From an uncultured Verrucomicrobiae bacterium (GTDB lineage Bacteria > Chlamydiota > Chlamydiia > Chlamydiales > Rhabdochlamydiaceae), in assembly GCA_963731265.1 (NCBI GenBank), contig CAVSUE010000002.1, forward strand, positions 224,001-288,000: 64,000 nucleotides of DNA, written 5' to 3'. Positions 60,500-64,000 of the stretch are shown here, piece after piece. Within the stretch, counting starts at the first letter, position 1, and each line of letters begins with the position of its first letter. The notes beneath the pieces were generated by a model that worked only from the letters and a program-made list of their open reading frames with translations, did no database searches and was not told the origin of the DNA. The translations under genes and the position numbers were made by a program.

Positions 60500-61863
60500 T
60501 AAAAGATTTTTTGGAGGTGGGAGGCGTGTTTGGGATGGCAAATCACGATCACGGTATCTCCTGGGGCCAAAATATTGGATCCTTTGGCAATCATGATCCT
60601 CCCGCGGTTTTCTATCAAGGCGATCAAAAAGTCCACGGGCAGATACTTTCCAAGGTCGGCTATGGGTATCCCGACGATCTCTGAATCGGAAGAGACTTTG
60701 ACCTCGATGATTTTTGTTTGATTGTGATAGAGGGAGGCCACAGAAATGACAGAATCTTCCTGAAGGATCGCATGGATCCGGTTGGCCACGCTGATTTTTT
60801 CCGAGACTGTGAAGAAGATCCCCAATCGGCGCAAAAGAGGAATATAACTTTCATCCGAAACGAGCGCGATCACTTCGCTGCAGCCGGACTGCTTGGCCAA
60901 GGCAGCGGCGAGAATATTCTTTTCATTTGAGTCTGTGCAGGCGACAAACGCGTCGGCAAGATGGACTTTCTCGGCCAAAAGAAAATTGAGATCGGTAGGA
61001 TCTTGATTGAGGATCGTCGCGCGGGGGAGATGTTCCGCGAGGAAACGGCACCGCTCTTCATCTTGCTCAATCACCCGCGCATGGATCCCTTCTTCATCTA
61101 AAATATGGCAAACTTGACAAGCGACCGGCGTTCCTCCGACGATCACAACGGAACGGATTTGTTTGGAAGGGATCTCAAATAAAGAATTAATCCCTGACAT
61201 CATTTTTGTTTCGCCGATCAAAGTCGCTTCGTCGCCGGGCATGAGATAATCGTGTCCGCGCGGAAAAATGACCCTTTCCGGTGCCATCTCTTCTCCATGG
61301 GTGGGCTTTCTCCGAATAAGGCCGATGAGCAGGTTTTCGGGTAATTTTAATTCCGACAGGCTGTATTTGCTCAAAGGGCTGTTCTCAGAGATAATGATGG
61401 AGCGCATTTGAACTGCTCCATGCGCAAAATTTTGCACAGCGACATTGCCGGGGTTTGTGATGCATTTGAACAGATCGTGCGCCAGAATCATCTCTGTCCC
61501 AATAAAATGATCGACAAAGAATAAACGGGCGAAATCCAATCGTGAGCGATGAAGAAAGGACTGTTGATGGACTTTTGCGACTGTCTTGGGGTAGCCTAAA
61601 TTTTTTGCGATTGCGCATGCGACGAAATTTGTCTCATCGTCGTTGCTCAGGGCCAAAAAAAGATGAGGCGATTGTTCGAGCAGATCTTCGAGTAGCTGCC
61701 AATCGGTCCCAGACCCCACTTTTGTCGCCACGTCGGCAGACCTCGAAAGCCGTTCCAATGATTTGGGGTCTTTGTCGATGACGATCACATTGTGCTCTTC
61801 CTTCGACAGGATTTGCGCAAGGTAAGCGCCGATTTCCCCAGCTCCTAAGATGACGATGTTCAT
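60499..61863 (-). CDS. trkA: Trk potassium uptake regulatory protein
   Basis: IVILGAGEIG; two RCK_N/RCK_C pairs. Confidence 0.93.
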   Translation of the reverse strand: MNIVILGAGEIGAYLAQILSKEEHNVIVIDKDPKSLERLSRSADVATKVGSGTDWQLLEDLLEQSPHLFLALSNDDETNFVACAIAKNLGYPKTVAKVHQQSFLHRSRLDFARLFFVDHFIGTEMILAHDLFKCITNPGNVAVQNFAHGAVQMRSIIISENSPLSKYSLSELKLPENLLIGLIRRKPTHGEEMAPERVIFPRGHDYLMPGDEATLIGETKMMSGINSLFEIPSKQIRSVVIVGGTPVACQVCHILDEEGIHARVIEQDEERCRFLAEHLPRATILNQDPTDLNFLLAEKVHLADAFVACTDSNEKNILAAALAKQSGCSEVIALVSDESYIPLLRRLGIFFTVSEKISVANRIHAILQEDSVISVASLYHNQTKIIEVKVSSDSEIVGIPIADLGKYLPVDFLIALIENRGRIMIAKGSNILAPGDTVIVICHPKHASHLQKIF

Positions 61864-62012
61864 AGAGGGATAACCGTTATGTTTTTAGCAGATTCTAGAG
61901 GGTTTATACATTTTTTTACAGGAAGGAGAAGGTCATTTTTTTGAATTTATTTTTTACTCTTGGTCTTTGCTTGATGTAAATAGGGTAAAATTAGATGATA
62001 GAGAGCTCTTTT

Positions 62013-62086
62013 GCACTGGTAGCTCAGCTGGATAGAGCACTCGGCTACGAACCGAGAGGTCAGAGGTTCGAATCCTCTCCGGTGCG
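62013..62086 (+). tRNA. tRNA-Arg (anticodon ACG), CCA not encoded
   Basis: GCACTGG/CCGGTGC acceptor stem, CTCGG-CTACGAA-CCGAG anticodon arm, GGTTCGAATCC T-arm. Confidence 0.97.
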
Positions 62087-62091
62087 CATTA

Positions 62092-62275
62092 ACCTCGACT
62101 TTGCAACTTTTTGGACCCGAAGGCCTCGAAATATTCGCGCTCGGTGGAGTTATTCAAAACAGGAAGGGGTTTTTTAAACCCTTCCTGTTTTGAATAACTC
62201 CCCGTTCCACCCTGGGTCGAACGGCGAGAGTAAATAGGCGAGGCAGGCGGTCCCAAAAAGTTGCAAAGTCGAGGT
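62092..62275. mobile_element. CTCGACTTTGCAAC-family element carrying a nested 56-bp palindrome (62146-62201)
   Basis: Perfect 23-bp terminal arms; TAA at 62090-92 and 62275-77; removing 62146-62201 leaves 128 bp colinear with 35015-35142. Confidence 0.93.
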
Positions 62276-62288
62276 AACACTCTAATCC

Positions 62289-62912
62289 ATGATTTTGGAA
62301 GTCTTTCCTTCGGGACCTTTAGAAACCAACGCCTACCTTCTTGCTTGCGAGGCTACGAAGCATGCTGCGATTATTGATGCGCCGATGGAGAGCGCTGAGG
62401 CCTTGCTGAAGCGCGCCACAGAGCTTTCTTTGCACATCGATATGATTCTGCTCACCCATTCCCATTGGGACCATATCGTCGACGTCCGCGAATTAATAGA
62501 AGCGTTAAAAGTTTCCGTCTACATTCATCCTGACGATGCAGCGAATTTAGAAAATCCCGGTTCGGACAAATTACCGCTTTTTTTCCCCTTGAAAGGAGTC
62601 AAACCGGACGGGTATTTCGCCGACGGACAGAAACTTATTGTGGGAAAGCTCGAGATTGCGGTGATGCACACTCCTGGCCATTCTCCAGGCGGCGTTTGTT
62701 TTTATCTGCCTGCTGAAAATGTGTTGATTTCAGGGGACACTTTGTTTCGAGGTACCATTGGGAATTTGAGTTTGCCGACGGCGCGCCCCGAGGCAATGTG
62801 GAAATCTTTGAAAAAATTAGCCGCGCTTCCCCCGGCGACAAAGGTATACCCGGGTCACGGAGGGCCGACGACAATCGGCGCTGAAAAGTGGATTGCCCAG
62901 GCACATGGTTAA
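62289..62912 (+). CDS. MBL-fold metallo-hydrolase (glyoxalase II-like)
   Basis: THSHWDH, HTPGHSPGG, SGDTLF, YPGHG. Confidence 0.92.
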   Translation: MILEVFPSGPLETNAYLLACEATKHAAIIDAPMESAEALLKRATELSLHIDMILLTHSHWDHIVDVRELIEALKVSVYIHPDDAANLENPGSDKLPLFFPLKGVKPDGYFADGQKLIVGKLEIAVMHTPGHSPGGVCFYLPAENVLISGDTLFRGTIGNLSLPTARPEAMWKSLKKLAALPPATKVYPGHGGPTTIGAEKWIAQAHG

Positions 62913-62932
62913 GTCATTCATTGGAGGACAGT

Positions 62933-63514
62933 ATGAACAGCTTAGTTGGAAAAAACGCCCCCGATTTCAAGGCTAAGGCCGTCGTTAAAGGGCAGATCGT
63001 CGATGATTTCTCGCTACAGGATTTTTTAGGCAGATATGTTCTTTTTTTCTTTTATCCGCTCGATTTCACCTTCGTGTGCCCGACGGAACTTCACGCCTTT
63101 CAGGAAAAACTAAAGGAATTCGAACAGCGCAACACGCAAATCATAGGATGTTCGATCGACAGCTGGTTTTCTCATCTTGCTTGGTTAAATACGCCTAGGA
63201 ACAAGGGCGGCATAGAGGGAGTGGAATATCCTCTTGTTTCCGACATCAACAAACAGATTGCCCGCCTATATCAGGTCCTCAACGAAGACGAGGGCATTGC
63301 CTATAGGGGCCTTTACCTGATCGACAAGCAGGGAACCGTCCGACATCAGCTTGTTAACGATCTTCCATTGGGACGTTCCGTCGATGAAGCTCTGCGGATG
63401 ATCGATGCGTTGATCTTTTTTGAAAATCATGGGGAAGTCTGTCCTGCAAATTGGAAAGCGGGGGCAAAAGGAATGAAGCCCACAGCTGAAGGCCTCGTTA
63501 AGTATTTTAGCTAG
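62933..63514 (+). CDS. ahpC: 2-Cys peroxiredoxin
   Basis: FYPLDFTFVCPTE, GEVCPANW; GGAGG RBS. Confidence 0.95.
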   Translation: MNSLVGKNAPDFKAKAVVKGQIVDDFSLQDFLGRYVLFFFYPLDFTFVCPTELHAFQEKLKEFEQRNTQIIGCSIDSWFSHLAWLNTPRNKGGIEGVEYPLVSDINKQIARLYQVLNEDEGIAYRGLYLIDKQGTVRHQLVNDLPLGRSVDEALRMIDALIFFENHGEVCPANWKAGAKGMKPTAEGLVKYFS

Positions 63515-63914
63515 CGGTCCCTGACTTGATGTGAGTGAGATAATCGTAGAGGTCTTTTTCCGTCGTGATCAAAAAGCTGCGGTAGAGAGAGCAAATGGGA
63601 TTGGTCGCATCGATAATTTCGGCGTCACCTACTCCCGGCATGCAGATTGCAGATAGATGGCGAAAAGCGTCTTTATTTTTCAAGAGATGGATCCCTCGCA
63701 TGTAGTCGGAAACGCTAAACCCCTCCTCTTTAACACGAAAAAAGATGAGTTCGCGCTCATACATCAGCGCTTGAACGGCATACAATATCCCTAAGCTCTC
63801 CTCCGGGGGGTTCCCAAAAGTCTCTGCCAGATGAGGTAGAGATTTGCAAAGCAGAGGAGTGCAAAACTCCCCTTTCTCAGCCTCGCCGAAGAGAAAAATC
63901 GTACGTGGTTGCAT
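63507..63914 (-). CDS. Conserved chlamydial-type hypothetical protein
   Basis: 135-aa ORF with AAGGA RBS; LFGEAEKG, FRVKEEGFS, DLYDYLT. Confidence 0.7.
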   Translation of the reverse strand: MQPRTIFLFGEAEKGEFCTPLLCKSLPHLAETFGNPPEESLGILYAVQALMYERELIFFRVKEEGFSVSDYMRGIHLLKNKDAFRHLSAICMPGVGDAEIIDATNPICSLYRSFLITTEKDLYDYLTHIKSGTAS

Positions 63915-64000
63915 GCGACTTCCTTTTTGGTGGTTTTTAACCTGTAATGCCTAACACTGCTTGTGAAGATAGTCGATCTGCTGCTCTTCGGGTGCCCGCC

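Overview
Chromosomal segment of an environmental member of the Chlamydiota. The evidence is a tandem-domain ThyX, a TopA with C-terminal SWIB domain, a chlamydial-type CIRCE, an F-box/WD40 effector and the ahpC-groEL-ybbC-uvrD-rpoN neighbourhood. Housekeeping genes (thyX, tyrP, uvrB, topA, rpoN, uvrD, putA, groES/groEL, prmA-like, trkH/trkA, tRNA-Arg, ahpC) surround about 38 kb of surface-glycan genes. These include a WaaL-like ligase, gmd, manC, wzy, wzx, wzm/wzt, many glycosyltransferases and a polyprenyl-phospho-arabinose-type module (HAD-UbiA, DprE1-like, DprE2-like, GtrA, two GT-C-like membrane proteins). The most striking unannotated signal is a set of at least ten short (30-200 bp) non-autonomous palindromic elements in several families, with no transposase in the window. 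One sits in frame inside tyrP and adds about 62 aa. One is nested inside another next to tRNA-Arg. Three form the stop codons of neighbouring genes, and one splits an ATGA-coupled gene pair. Also seen: a duplicated prmA 3' end bracketing a single-gene glycosyltransferase insertion, a gene split at an A6 run, and three tandem exported GT32-like enzymes with C-terminal anchors. All family calls come from motifs read by eye; no database search was run.
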